Both the position numbers and the translations under genes were made by a program. DNA of 63,007 nt, the filler included, from Octopus bimaculoides (lineage: Eukaryota): the NCBI RefSeq assembly GCF_001194135.2. It is 5 parts of 5 records of this genome, joined end to end, with 100 filler letters (N's around TTAATTAATTAA, not from the genome) between each part and the next. Parts side by side here need not be neighbours in the genome. Positions count along the whole stretch, not along the records: positions 1 to 20,421 come from NC_068982.1; 4 more parts are not named here. One strand, given 5' to 3'. This document shows, in pieces, positions 1 to 12,480 of this stretch; within the stretch, counting starts at the first letter, position 1, and every line of letters begins with the position of its first letter. The notes under the pieces are model-generated. The model was not told where the DNA came from. It did not search any database and worked only from the letters and a program-made list of their open reading frames with translations.

Positions 1-232
1 GCGACGAGAGAGTCAAGGAGGAAGAGTGAGAGAGAGAGAGGACAGTGAAAGGGAGAGAAGAATAAGGAAAGGGTGGGAGAGAAAAACAGAAAGGATGAAG
101 AACAAGAGAGGGAGAGAGATAGACAGAGAAGAGATAATAGAAGAGTGCACATCGTAATTATTAAGATAAAACTTACTTGGAAAAGGATGCGTGGCATTCG
201 ATCATATAATAATATAAATAATATATAAATAT

Positions 233-420
233 ATGCATATATCCATGCATATATGTACATACCTACATCTATATGTATACATACATGCATATATCGGTAC
301 AGGACATCAAAAGAACGTTAAATACAATGAGAAGCGAAAACATCGAAAACGAACATTTTTCGAACAACGAAAAAAAACAGAGAAACAAGACATGCAACAT
401 AAAGAGTATACCCCTGCGTC
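233..420. repeat. Dispersed repeat, copy 1 (probable PLE terminal segment)
   Basis: Near-identical to 18500-18706 (atatgcatatatccat...ggtacaggaca...gacatgcaacataaagagtata). Confidence 0.6.
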
Positions 421-461
<41 letters not shown>

Positions 462-479
462 CGTGTGTGTGTGTGTATG

Positions 480-712
480 TGTATGTGTGTGTATGTGTGT
501 GTGTCTGTATGTTTGTGTGTCTGTGTTTGTCCCCCAACATCACTTGACAATTGATGCTGGTGTGTTTATGTCCTCTAAGTTAGCTGTTCGGCAAAAGAGA
601 CTGATAGAATAAGTGCTAGGCTTACAGAGTAAGTCTTGGGGTCAATTTGCTTGACTAAAGGCCGTGCTCCAGCATGGCCACAGTCAAATGACTGGTACAA
701 GTAAAAGGACAA
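480..712 (+). mobile_element. tRNA-derived CORE-type SINE (family B, octopus OR2-like), 3' half
   Basis: gtttgtcccccaacatc...gttcggcaaaagagac...ctccagcatggccacagtcaaatgactg matches other family B copies. Confidence 0.8.
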
Positions 713-1371
713 AAGAAAAAAAGAACCATCAAAGGCAACCACCGAATCTTAAAAGACAAAAGACAAAATTTACATAAGAATAAAAAAAATAATGTAAACA
801 ACAAATTGCAGAGACCTTTGTTGTGGAACATGTGAAATAACTGAACAAGACAAAACCAAAGAAGGAATTGAAGATTAATGCAAATATGAAATGCAAATCA
901 AAAGATCTCATTTGGTGAATTGTAAGCCCACAATGCAATGACAATAATAATAGCCAGTTAGTATCAAAATAAATACATCAAGTTATCATCCTAAAGTGGA
1001 AGATTCATCTCTTAGAAATCTTTGAATTTTTTTGCAAGTTGAAAATTCAAAATATTGTCTTTTATCAAATTAAAAGAAATTGATAACTACAAAATGTAAA
1101 AGAAAAATATTTTATAAGAATTCTAACACTGAAACTGTACTGGAAATAGTACTGAAACTGTACTGAAACTGTACTGGAAATGCTACGAAAAGCAACTATC
1201 TCTATACAGATAACCCTATAACAAGTGTTAGAAAAGCTGTAAACATCAAAAGGGTTTGCACAATACAAACACTTCTTTCCATAGGATTACGCTGTAATGT
1301 TTTTAAATTTTGTAAAATAATTAATAACTTTTAATCTAAGAAAATCTTTCATCAGATATTGTGGCTATATC

Positions 1372-1762
1372 TCTTATCTTTTACTTGTTTCAATCATTAG
1401 ACTGTGGTCATACTGGGACATCACCTTGAAGAATTTTTAGTCAAATGAACCGACTCCAGAACTTACTATTTATAAGCCTGGTGCTTATTCTATTGGTCTC
1501 TTTTGCTGAACTGCTTAGTTACAGAGACATAAACACACCAACACCAGTTGTCATGTGGTGATAAAGGACAAACACAAAGACACACACACAAATATATGAT
1601 GGGCTTCTTTCAGTTTCCATCTGCCAAATCCACTCACAAGTCTCTGGTCAGTCCAAGGCTATATGTAGAAGACACTTGTCCAAGGTACCACACAGTAGGA
1701 CTGAACCCGGAATCATGTGGTTGGCAAGCAAACATTTTACCACACAGCCACACCTGCACCTA
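1372..1762 (-). mobile_element. SINE family B, near full length, CpG-depleted
   Basis: Reverse strand: tRNA-like head (gtggctgtgtgg...gggttcagtcc), CORE-like ccttggacaagtgtcttc, internal microsatellite and 3' tail. Confidence 0.8.
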
Positions 1763-1804
1763 TATCACAAATGTTCTCTAAAAACCTTTTTTTAAACTCA
1801 CATA

Positions 1805-2060
1805 CTCTTTTATTCTTTTTCTGGTTTCAGTCATTTGACTGTGGCCATGCTGGAGCTCCACCTTTAGTCGAGCAAACCGACACCAGAACTTGTTCTTTGT
1901 AAGCTTAGTATTTATTTTATCAGTCGCTTTTGACAAACTGCTAAGTTACAGAGATGTAAACACACCAGCATCAGTTGTGAAGCAATGTTGGGGGGACAAA
2001 TACAGACACACAAACATATACACACACATACATATATGTGAATATATATATATGATGATA
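1805..2060 (-). mobile_element. SINE family B, 3' half
   Basis: gtttcagtcatttgactgtggccatgctggagc...ggggggacaaatacagacac. Confidence 0.8.
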
Positions 2061-2084
2061 TATATATATCATACGATCATGGTC

Positions 2085-2293
2085 GATGCCAGCTCCTCTG
2101 GCCCCTTGTACCGGTGGCATGTAAAAAGCACCCACTACACTCTCATAGTGGTTGGCATTAGGAAAACCATCCAGCTGTAGAAACACTGCCAGATCAGATT
2201 GGGGCCCGCTGCAGCCTCCTGGCTTCCAAGACCCCAGTCGAACCGTCCAACCCATGCCAGCATGGAAAATGGACGTTAAACGATGATGATGAT
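2085..2293 (+). mobile_element. RTE LINE 3' tail (family C) ending in (GAT)n
   Basis: aaagcacccactacactctc..gtggttggcattagg..cccatgccagcatggaaaatggacgttaaacgatgatgat; a homologous tail directly follows an RTE ORF end at 50887-51475. Confidence 0.75.
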
Positions 2294-2445
2294 ATCTATC
2301 TGTCTATCTGTCTATCTATCTATCTATCTATCTANNNNNNNNNNNNNNNNNNNNNNNNNNNNNNNNNNNNNNNNNNNNNNNNNNNNNNNNNNNNNNNNNN
2401 NNNNNNNNNNNNNNNNNNNNNNNNNNNNNNNNNNNNNNNNNNNNN

Positions 2446-2615
2446 ATATATACACAATGGGATTCTTTTAGTTTCTGTCTACCAAATCCACTCAAGGCTT
2501 TGGTCGGCCCGAGGCAATAGTAGAAGACACTTGCCTGAAGTCCCATGCAGTGGGACTGAACCCAGAACCATGTGGTTGGTAAGCAAGCTACTTACCACAC
2601 AGCCACTCCTGTGCC
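2446..2615 (-). mobile_element. SINE family B, 5' half
   Basis: gaagacacttgcctgaag..gggactgaacccagaaccatgtggttggtaagcaagctacttaccacacagccactcct. Confidence 0.8.
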
Positions 2616-2659
2616 TATGTACATATGACAATGAAAACTGCCACCTTAATTGCTTCTCT

Positions 2660-3400
2660 AATTTGATTACCTTGTATTGTCATTCCTGTGACAGAACTTT
2701 CTCGTATTACCATAAATCATTCATCTTAAATGTCATATTCAAATATATCCCTACATTTAGGGACATACACCCAATGGTGTTTCCTCCTCTCCCCCCTCTC
2801 TTGGGAGCATGCCTTCACACCTCCTGCCTGAACTTCCAATTTAACTGATCTTCATACTCAATATCACAAACACTTTACCATACTCAGAAATGTACCCAGT
2901 TAGTGTCTTTTTTATAACTTTTATCATTATATTTTTATCTCCCTACCTTCCCTGGTCTGTTATGATTTTTTCTATGCATCTCTGAAATTGGCTGACCTCT
3001 TTATTTTCTTCTTTTGCTAGATACTAGACTCTGATCTAGCCTCCATAGCCACTTTTTCCGAGCCAATTTTATCTCTTTACTGACACCTTTTAATTACCAA
3101 CTACCCCTCAGTCAACCCACCTTTCTCCATCCATCTCCTCTCTTCTTTTATACTCCTCACTATAATCCCTCCTCTATCCTTCTTGTCCTATTGGACCTAT
3201 CTTTATAAACACTGCTCTCTATTATACTATTTGTCAGTGTCTTCTGATGAGAGTAGTATGACATCACTCCATGGTATCTAAAAATTCAAACCAGTCCATA
3301 CACCTAAAATATTATTGGACTTCCATTTTATAAAATATATGGTTTTGGCACCAGTTATTGATTATCCAAAACAGTTGTGAAGGTAAAACTTGATCACATA
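2660..3400 (+). mobile_element. Highly decayed Penelope-like element 3' region
   Basis: Peptide IFKYIPTFRDIHPMVFPPLPPL resembles a PLE RT/EN linker; pyrimidine-rich UTR; degenerate ctgatga-gagt..actc motif near 3244. Confidence 0.35.
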
Positions 3401-3669
3401 ACTGAATTGTTTATGCAATTTTTCATGTGAATACATTTTTTATGCTTACTATTGCTTGTCTATGTTTTCTGCTTTCATATCTACTTGATGAAAATCTTAT
3501 AGACTAATCTTACAGACTACATACTACTTCAGTGCTACCTATCTTGGATGAGGGAGTTAGAGTTTAAGTTTTGGATTTCCCTGAACACTACCTGGTGACT
3601 GTCTATGCCATGTTTACTATAGTATTCTATAAAAACATTCTTTATATAGGAATGCTTACATTTATGAAA

Positions 3670-4320
3670 TGAATGCAAGGATAGCAAAAGCCAACTCTGG
3701 CTTTGGATGTTTTCATCACAAACTTTGGGAAAGACCAGGTTTGGCTGTAAAGACAAAACTTGACATATATAAAGCTGTTGTGGTAACTTTGTAGATGAGA
3801 AACCTGGATAATTTCCTAAAGACATGCTAAAAAAAGAAAACTTTATCACTTTCACCTAACATGCCCACAAAAATTATCAATATCTAGTGGCAGATAAAAT
3901 TCCTAATACTACTGTGCTAATATGTCAAACTTTTGCTTTCCTAAGTAAATTCCAGCTGCAATAGAGTGAATATGATGCATGCATACCTGATTCCAGATTC
4001 CCCAAACTGATCTTGTTTGGTGAATTAGCAGTTGATTCTCAGTTATATGGTGGACCAAAGAGGAGATACAAAGGGACTCTCTTAGAATCTTGCTCAAGAC
4101 CACTTACTGGGGCATAGGGCTGTGTATTGTGGAATACAACACTTAGAATCAGAAATGATCAGAGAAACTAAAGAGAGAAGGGCTGCATGGAAAGCAAGTT
4201 CCACTGGGTTCTGATTCTGCTATTATATGCTCCTACTGTAACAGTGAAATTTTATGCTAATATTTCACCTAATAAGCCATCTTCGCACCCAAAAAGTGTA
4301 AAGCTGCTAATCTGGTTATG
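3670..4320 (+). mobile_element. RTE-BovB-like LINE, post-RT fragment (pseudogene)
   Basis: Frameshifted translation NARIAKANSGFG..KLWERPGLAVKTKLDIYKAVV..ETW..FHLTC..WQDKIPNT.VL matches BovB/RTE ORF2 C-terminal motifs. Confidence 0.7.
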
Positions 4321-4651
4321 TTCAGAGACATGAATGATGAACATCATATATATATAAATAATACAAAATGGGATAAGAATGCAAAACATCCAGACAGTTA
4401 GGTGATACAAGAAATGGACAACAAAACATCCAGATAGATGATACAAAGAAAACAAGGACAGGTCATTCAGAGTTTTCTTTTCATCAGTCGAGATCCAGAT
4501 TATCTTTGCAATTTTGGCTTTTTATACTCGATATTGCTCCAATCTGGCCAGTCCCAAGGAAAAACTAAGCTAAGAGCATTAGATTCCTTGGAAGAAAGCA
4601 GCGAATGTATACAAAAACAAGGATGGAATATATATATATTCTGTGTGTATA

Positions 4652-4724
<73 letters not shown>

Positions 4725-4734
4725 GCAATATCTA

Positions 4735-4813
4735 TATAGGTGCAGGTATGACCGTTTAGTAAGTTCAATTCCCAATCACATGGTCCCACTGTGTGGCACC
4801 TTGGGTAAGTGTC
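4735..4813 (+). mobile_element. SINE family B head fragment
   Basis: aggtgcagg..gttcaattccc..gtcccactgtgtggcaccttgggtaagtgtc. Confidence 0.55.
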
Positions 4814-4814
4814 A

Positions 4815-6715
4815 AAACAAGTATAGAAGACAGGGTAGAAACTGGTGAAGAAAGAGGCCTTCATAATGATCAAGGATCATAAGCCTAACTTTGCCTCTAT
4901 CCCTAAATACAGGCTGACAAACCCGGTGAAGTCTGAGATTGATCAGGTGAGCAAACAGCTCATCAGGAAGATCTGTAATGGCATTAGAAATGCCTCTGAC
5001 CTCACCCTGTGGTGCAACACCAATGAGGTCATTACATGGTTTAAGGCCAACAGCGGCAGAGGTAGAGCTAGGTTTACCCAATTTGATATAGTGAACTTCT
5101 ACCCATCTATACCAAGGGAGCTCCTGTTAAAGGCACTAGACTTCGCTAGAGCCCATACTGAGGTCAATGATGAGGACATATGCATTATCATGCATGCCAG
5201 AAGAATACTACTCTTCAGTAAAGGGTCTGCTTAGACCAAACACACTGACCCAGAGGACTCCTTTGATGTGTCTACAGGTGCTTTTGACAGTGCAGATGTA
5301 TGTGACCTAGTCAGTCTTAAAAAGAAATTTCCTTCAACTAGCTTTGGCCTCTACAGGGACGATGCACTGGCAATATCGAGAGGAGTTAACAGCTACATGT
5401 TAGATAGGCTCAAAAAGGACCTCATGAGCACCATGAACTCCCTCAGACTGAAGGTCACTATAGAGACCAACCTGAAAGCAGTAGATTTCCTTGATGTGAC
5501 CCTGGACCAAGAATCAGGCATCTATAGGCCCTTTAGGAAACCAAATGAGAAGTTGTCTTACATTAACACAAGTTCCTGCCATCCAGCCATAGTGTTCAGA
5601 AACTTGGTTTAGGGCATCAGCAGTAGAATGAATCTCCAGCTTGTTTTCAAGCAAAGAGACCTTTGATGCTGCTTCCCCGTACTATAACTAGGCTCTGGCT
5701 GCCAGTGGTTTTAAGGATAGTATTAGTTACATGCCAAACCCTAGCCCCACCAAGAGAAAGTGCCACCAGAAAGTACTGTGGTTCACACTGCCATTCTCTT
5801 AAAATTAGGATCAGAGTAGGTAGAATCTTCCTTAGTTTAATTGATTGACACTTCCCCTGTACCAATAGATCCTACAAAATATTTAATAGACATACCTTGA
5901 GATTATCTTTAAGCTGTGCACCTAGTGTAAAAAAAAAAATTTATTAGGTAGACTCAGACCTGAGACTGAGGAAGGATGCTCATGTAGGGGTAACACAACT
6001 TGTCCACTAAACAGCCAATGCAATAAGGAAACAGTTGTTTACGAGGTAGAAGTAAAAGCAACAGGAGCCAATGGACAACTAAGTGTACGGAAATATGCGG
6101 GGCAATGGAAGGCCACTTCAGAACCTGCTAGGATAACTACAAGTCCTCATTCAACATCCCAGAGAGATGTAATGCTGCAAAAGAGCTTTAAAAGAAAGTG
6201 ACACAGAGTACAGCATAAAGTGGAAGCTTATAGAAAGATGCAAGCTGTACTTCAATAGTAGCAGGAAGTGCAGATTATGCCTGGCTGGGAAGAGAGCAAT
6301 TTTAAATGGTACCCAACACCTGGATGTTTACTTCAGTAGCAGGAGTGAGATTTTTAATCCTTGTCTGCATGAAAGAAAGTACGTTCTATTGTACCTGCAT
6401 GACCCACCATGACTGCAACCACAAGTCCCCTGCCTCAACCTTCTGCAAACGCCCTTGGGCCCGGCAAAAAAGAGATTGACCAAGACACACAATGCACCCA
6501 TGTACACATACATACACCCCCATAAGGTGGACACCCTGCATATAACTATCCCCCACCATCCCCAGCACATACCACCCCCGCAAATTGTACCATTACATAT
6601 AAACAGACCCCCCCCCACATGTTATACATTACATACCGCACACAAATATATAAAAAAACCCTTAGTTTTATCCTTTACAGAAAGAAAATAGAGCAACGAA
6701 CACAGCGCTATATAT
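4815..6715 (+). mobile_element. Penelope-like retroelement: RT plus GIY-YIG endonuclease pseudogene and 3' UTR
   Basis: KDHKPNF, RLTNPVKSEI, FDIVNFYPSI, GLYRDDAL, VDFLDVTLD (RT); TCPLNSQC..VVYEVEV, C.LC, EIFNPCLHERK (PLE endonuclease). Stops and frameshifts present. Confidence 0.9.
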
Positions 6716-8243
6716 ATCTACAGCCCCAGAAATATTTATACTGCTTGACTGGTTCCCATGCTGGTATCAGTCTGCTGATTGGCATTGTCGTGTGAAGTTG
6801 TACAGTAACGTGGTGCATCTTTGTATTAATTATGTAACTCAGTTGATTAAAAGCTTTAGAATAAAATGTACACTTTTTTTTTGTTTAAAATAAGTTTATA
6901 TTTTCTCACTGATTAAGTCTACACAAAGTTACATTATGAATATATGCAAAGGTGGCTGCAATCCTTTTTTAATTGTCATCAATTACATATAGAAAGCTGG
7001 CAACACTATGAATGATTCCAGAAGGAATCAACCTTGAATTCAGTGCAAGGTTTATCTTCTATCATCATCTACTTCTTAGGTTCAGTGTATGGAAGGTATC
7101 ACATTGAAACACTTCCCAGATCATCTTCTGAATGTTTGGTAGAGAGAAGAAATCTAGTTATTCATTGTCTGTGAATAATCAACAACCCCTTGTTTCTTAT
7201 GAGTATCACCAGATGTAACCAACACCTTAGCTTTCCAAGGAGACTTGGTTCATTAATTTGCACCTTTAGCAAGCATATTCCTTCAGAATTTAAAATTCTT
7301 GGTCATCAGGAAAATGCTGACTAGATTTTGCAACTAAGGGTTTGCAATCAATAGTAAGATTACTAAACAGTAAAGGAAGAGGTATGAAAACAGTAGAGAC
7401 TACAGACTGAGTAGGTTTAGTCCTATTAAATAAAACCTCAAAAGAAGAGTAGTGTTCAAGCAAGTTTTTTTCCTAGGATAACATCACAGCAAAGATCTGT
7501 GATAACAGATAATTTGAGAATTCTACACTTGCTTGACACATTCCAATAACCTTTGAAATAAGAGTGGTACTTGTCTTCAGGACATAGCCATTTTCTGGGT
7601 TTACCTTCCACTTGTGTTTATTACTTCCTTGTTAATTAAGCTTTTTTTAAGCTTCCTATGTCCACTAATGACTAATATTCTTATGTAACAACGGTGAGAT
7701 GAAGCAAAAGAAAGTGCAACTATTGTGGATACCACTGAAGATGTAGACTAAGGAGATCAACAAACTTTGTGGTAATGTCACTTCTTAACAAAGTTGTTAC
7801 ATTGCTTATCCTTGGCATTTAAAGATAAATGCTGTTACTATTGAAGTATGATTTGAAAGCGTACAAGTAGTGTGTTCCACTGAGTTTTTGGAGGATCAAT
7901 CACAGCAGCACAAATTGAGAGAAGTTGAAAAAAAAAGCAGTGATTTTAAGCCATTTCAGAGCATATCTGTTCACATGCAGTCTTAAGGCTCAAAGTTTTA
8001 TTCTAAAGTTGTCTTATCTGGAAGGAAGAAAGTCTGTTAATAAAGCATTCCTTATTCTATTATCGCTGTATTGTTCAACAATTACTGGCTAATATATTTA
8101 ATGTTTGTAAATATTGGTCCAGGGAATCATAAACTCTTGTCAACAAGTAGAATAAAACATGCAGAGCATATACTTCATTCTTTGGTTTGACATATATAAC
8201 TGATAGAACATTTATAGCAGCATCATATGCAGACACACCATCA

Positions 8244-8348
8244 TACAGGGTGACCCCCCAAAAAAAACAACCCATAAAAATTTTATTAAATCCTACAAAG
8301 GTATGAAATATATTTTTTTTAAATGTTAAGGTTACAAAGGGACACATA
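8244..8348 (+). mobile_element. Tc1/mariner terminal fragment
   Basis: TA followed by cagggtgaccccc, a typical Tc1/mariner TIR start; no partner end found. Confidence 0.4.
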
Positions 8349-8419
8349 CAAAAAAGATTTTCTTGAATGCCTAGGAGGCCCCCAGAAGGTAGCAGTTTCT
8401 GTTACCTAGGTGAATTATC

Positions 8420-9830
8420 AGGAGAGGAAGATGCTCTGAAAGAATAGTTGCTAGAATAAAAATAGGATGAAGAAAGTTACCTCTATGAGCAATAAAAGGT
8501 TTTTCTCTGACTGAAAGGCAAATTGTATGATGCCTGTGTATGAACAACAATGCTACATGGTAGTGAGAGATGGGCATTAAATGCAGAGGTCATGCAAAGA
8601 CTAACTAGTATCCTCCATTGGATGTGTAGTATCAGTGTGCATGTATGACAACGTGCTAATGTATTGAGAGAAAAATTAAGTGTAAGAGGAATCAACTGTT
8701 TGGTCTTGTGATGCATATGGATGAGGATTTCTGCTTAAAGTTGGGTGCTTAAAGTAGATGGAGCTTGTGGAAGAGAGAAACCTAGGAAGACATGAATGAA
8801 GTAGTGAAGGCAGATCTCAAGATGCTAAGCCACATGGAAGAAATGACAAAGGGCCAAGAAAATTTTGTGGCTTGCTGTGCTTGAGATCCAGTCAGCACAG
8901 CAAAAATGAGGCCTTACAAATAATTCTGTTTGTGCTTGTACATGCTGGGTTCTATCCCTAAACCCATCCTGATCCATCAAGCATTCACCACATCACATCT
9001 CCCTAACTCCCCACTCTTCCCCAACATCCATCCCTCCCCTACACATATTAAATTCCTGAACTCTTTGCATAACGAGTTACTGCCTCCCCCCCCCATTCCA
9101 TCCTTAACTCTCATCTTTTCCAACACTATGTTCCAACACTATGTCCACCTTTCTCCTCCAGTTATTTCCTCCCCTCCTCAGCTATACTTCATCTTAACAC
9201 CTCCCATATTTACTATCCAAATACCCTCTCGTATCAACTGCCCATGCCCTGTCACTTTTGCAACCCTATGTAACACTTCACCTCCCTATACTTTTCTCTT
9301 AAACCCTGCTGGTCATCTACTTCTGATTTATCACCCCTGAACCACTTCTGTCTCTCTCACCTTACCTCCCTCCTGCTCAATACCGATAATTTCCATCGAG
9401 CGTCACCATATTCACCTTTATCCATCTGTCACATTTTTATATCTCCCCACCATTTCCTTCTCCACCTCCCGATCCATTTCACATATCCTCTCTTGTTCGT
9501 TTAGGGTTTGATCTGGCACTCCATCATTATTACCATATTATCTTCTTACTAGCTACTCCTACCCAATCATATTATCTAGGGTAGTCATGTATCTTCCGTT
9601 ATAGAGGGACATCATACTTTAACCTCTCCTCAACACCTGGTATAAAACCACCTTCCCCATCTCTCAAATGCTCCCCTCACTTAGTCAGGGTGGTGTTTTC
9701 CTTTTTCTATCCTTTTCTTGTTCTATTCCTGCCTTGCAAGTTATTTGATAACTTCACTAGTGCCAGTGGCATGAAAAAAACTACCAGCACACATATTAAA
9801 GTGATTGGTGGAAAGAAGAGTATCTAGCTA
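8420..9830 (+). mobile_element. RTE LINE 3' fragment with pyrimidine-rich 3' UTR and decayed family C tail
   Basis: KGKLYDACV..MLHGSERWALNAE.MQRL; GR.KPRKT; tail-like agtgccagtggcatgaaaaaa at about 9760. Confidence 0.65.
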
Positions 9831-10699
9831 AATTTATTTTAATCTACATTGCATCTTTAAAAAAATGGTTAAAAAGAAATGCATTTCAAATTTTCAAGAA
9901 GTGTAACTTCAGTACTACGACTTTCAGTTCTCGGCGGCGGATTGGTACATCTGCAACGTTTAGAATTCAGATCTTTACCTTTCATCTCTCTGAAGTCGAT
10001 AAAACAAGGTACCAGTCAAGTACTGGAGCAATTTCGCCTCCACCCAGTTTCTGATCTAAATTCAGAAAAGAAAAATAAAAGCCGCAGGAAAACTTCAGTA
10101 CCATAATTCTTTTTCCGTTTCATCGTTTTAAGATATTGAATAAAACGTAAATTTGTTTTCATTTGTAAGATACCACCAATATAAACTGTGTTGTCATTGC
10201 ACACGTGTCTTGTATTGTCAATTAATGATTTAAATATTTTTTCATTATTTTGTTTTTACAGTGACTTTTGCCTAATGAAAATTGCAACTCGTTTTCTTGG
10301 TTTGCAGTTTTCATAAAAATAAATAAATTTTATGTCAATGTATATGACATTTAAAGCTGTTTTGAATAACTATTTTAGGTGGATGAAAAGCAGTAGTAGT
10401 GATGAGGTTTGAAACCATTAGGCATCTTATTTACTTGCTCAAGTTCTAAATTTTTTTCCTTTTTCTTTACTGAAATATTCACGTGATAACTTTCGATACC
10501 TTTCTCTTCACCACCAATGCTTTTTTTTTTTTTACGGCAAGAATTTTCACCTTTTGACAGTTGGAATCTTTTCCACAATTTTCTTTTATTATTGTTATAT
10601 TTAAATAATCATTTATTTTATTTGCTAGCATATCCATTTCTAGTTTGCTGTCAGGTGCTGCCAACCCTCCAAAAATTCATTTAATCGATTTTTTGTCTC

Positions 10700-10785
10700 A
10701 TCTAAACATCTGTGACGTAGCTATCTCGTCACAATGACGTCAACGCCTCTCTGTGTAAACCGTCGTCAGATTGTTACGAGCAGTA

Positions 10786-10831
<46 letters not shown>

Positions 10832-11100
10832 GCTGCTGCTGCTGTTGCTGCCGCCATCCCCCACCAATACCATCATCATCATCATTATTATTATTTAACA
10901 ATTCTTTTTCTAATCCATTTATGTATTTACTGAGCAAATTGTAAATCAATTTATGAATTGGACACGATTCATAAGGGTGCAATAACAACCCCCCCCCCCC
11001 GCTGTAATATTTGATTGCCAATCCGAGTGTTGTTTGATCTGGCATTCCAGCTCTGATCATTCTGTTTTTTCTCAAACCATGGCACACCAAGAACCACGTA
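10700..11100. promoter_or_regulatory. CpG-retaining, promoter-like island with clustered CRE/ATF sites
   Basis: TGACGTCA at 10735-10742 plus TGACG half-sites at 10713, 10728 and 10764; CCAAT near 11019; locally frequent CpG. Confidence 0.35.
10786..10853. repeat. Compound (TAC)n(TGC)n microsatellite
   Basis: Directly visible. Confidence 0.95.
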
Positions 11101-11189
11101 ATCTAATGTGCCCTTTTCTAAAACGATAGATTATAATTTGAAATCGTGACCCCACAATCAAAATAGAGAAATTTTTGCACGTTCACTTT

Positions 11190-11397
11190 TTATGAATTAG
11201 GCACGAGGCCAGCAGTTTTGGCAAGGTGGGATTAGTCAGTCACATAAACTTAATTTACTTGATGGGAAGTTTATTTTGTGGACCCTGGAGGAAGGAAAAG
11301 CAAAGTTGATTTCGGCGAGATTTGAACTGGGAACGTAGCAAGCCAGAATGAATACTGTTTCTTTCAGCGCACTAACAATTTTGCCAGCTTGCCACTT
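11190..11397 (-). mobile_element. tRNA-derived SINE family A
   Basis: Reverse complement of gagctggcagaa..gttag..ttcaaat..gccgag..ctttgcctt. Confidence 0.7.
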
Positions 11398-12212
11398 CTT
11401 TATTAGCAAGAAGACAAGATAGAGTTTACATTCATATATTTCTTTCTTTGCCATGGTATTGGACAAAGTTAAAAACCGTCTTAACTTTATTAAACGTGGA
11501 AATATTACACATCTTTTAAATCCTTATCGTCCCTTCAACTACCATGTGCCTGGTCCCTCGCCTATGAGAAAATAAATTTGTAGGATATTTCTAGCAGGTC
11601 AATCACCCGCGCCGAGATTTACTTGTATGTTCGTTCTGCTTGTTAATCACGTCAGTGGTGAAAACGTTGCAAAACGTAAACATCATGCAGAACGTGTAGT
11701 TAAGACAACACTGAGTTTCTGGAATGATTGAACCAGCAACAGGAGGAGAATAATTGTGATTCTAAATAGGAGGCATCTGGGGTCCAATGATGTAAATGAT
11801 TTGTAGCAGTCATATAAAATATTTCCCAACCAATTGATAGCCCTGCAGAAGTCAACAACATTTAGATCATGGAAGTGAACAAGAGAAACGTAAACTACGA
11901 ATTAAAGTGACGTTCTGTGACGTTATATGTACACATAAGTGCAGAATTGCTTATTAATGGAATCTGTTCATTTGTTCTATTAATTAAATTTTTTAAATGT
12001 TATGTCTTTTTTAATTTTTTAATTGGGGGCTGGTAATGGGGAATAAATAACATCCAATAAGCCTTTCAAAGTTATTTCCCTTTATATAATTCCACTTATT
12101 CAATGGGGGTAGGGTATACAAAAACGCTTGAATCACTATTGGTGAGCAATAACATTACAGGTTTCCAACGAGCTAATCAATCGTGTGTGTGTGTGTGCGT
12201 GTGTCCGCCCTA

Positions 12213-12480
12213 GGTACGACATTAAGCTGCATCACTGAGGCGACAACTCAGGTGTTCTGGATTTATGAGGAGCGTGGAGTTACTCCTTAATTACCATTAT
12301 TTCCAGATCTACTCTTACCAGGAATTGTAATACTTGTCAGGGTCCCATCAATAGGTTAAATCAATTTCCCACCAATAGAGGAAACTCCTACTATTTTTGA
12401 CAAAGCCATGGAGTAGCCAACTTTTCTAGCAGAAAGATACTCTGACATAAAACTTGCTGTCAAAATAGCACCCATGGAAG
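12213..12480 (+). mobile_element. Dispersed repeat family G (SINE-like), copy 1
   Basis: gtacgacattaagctgcatc..tgtcagggtcccatc..tttttgacaaa; homologous to 28058-28330. Confidence 0.65.

Noticed and set aside
8930-9340. 136-aa Pro/Leu-rich ORF (also 32391-32693)
   Set aside because: Chance open frame in a pyrimidine-rich RTE 3' UTR.
10479-10664. ORF MAAPDSKLEMDMLANK... as a host gene start
   Set aside because: Starts at TTG, is very AT-rich, has only a weak donor (AAG|gtgaaa) and no recognisable homology or partner exon.
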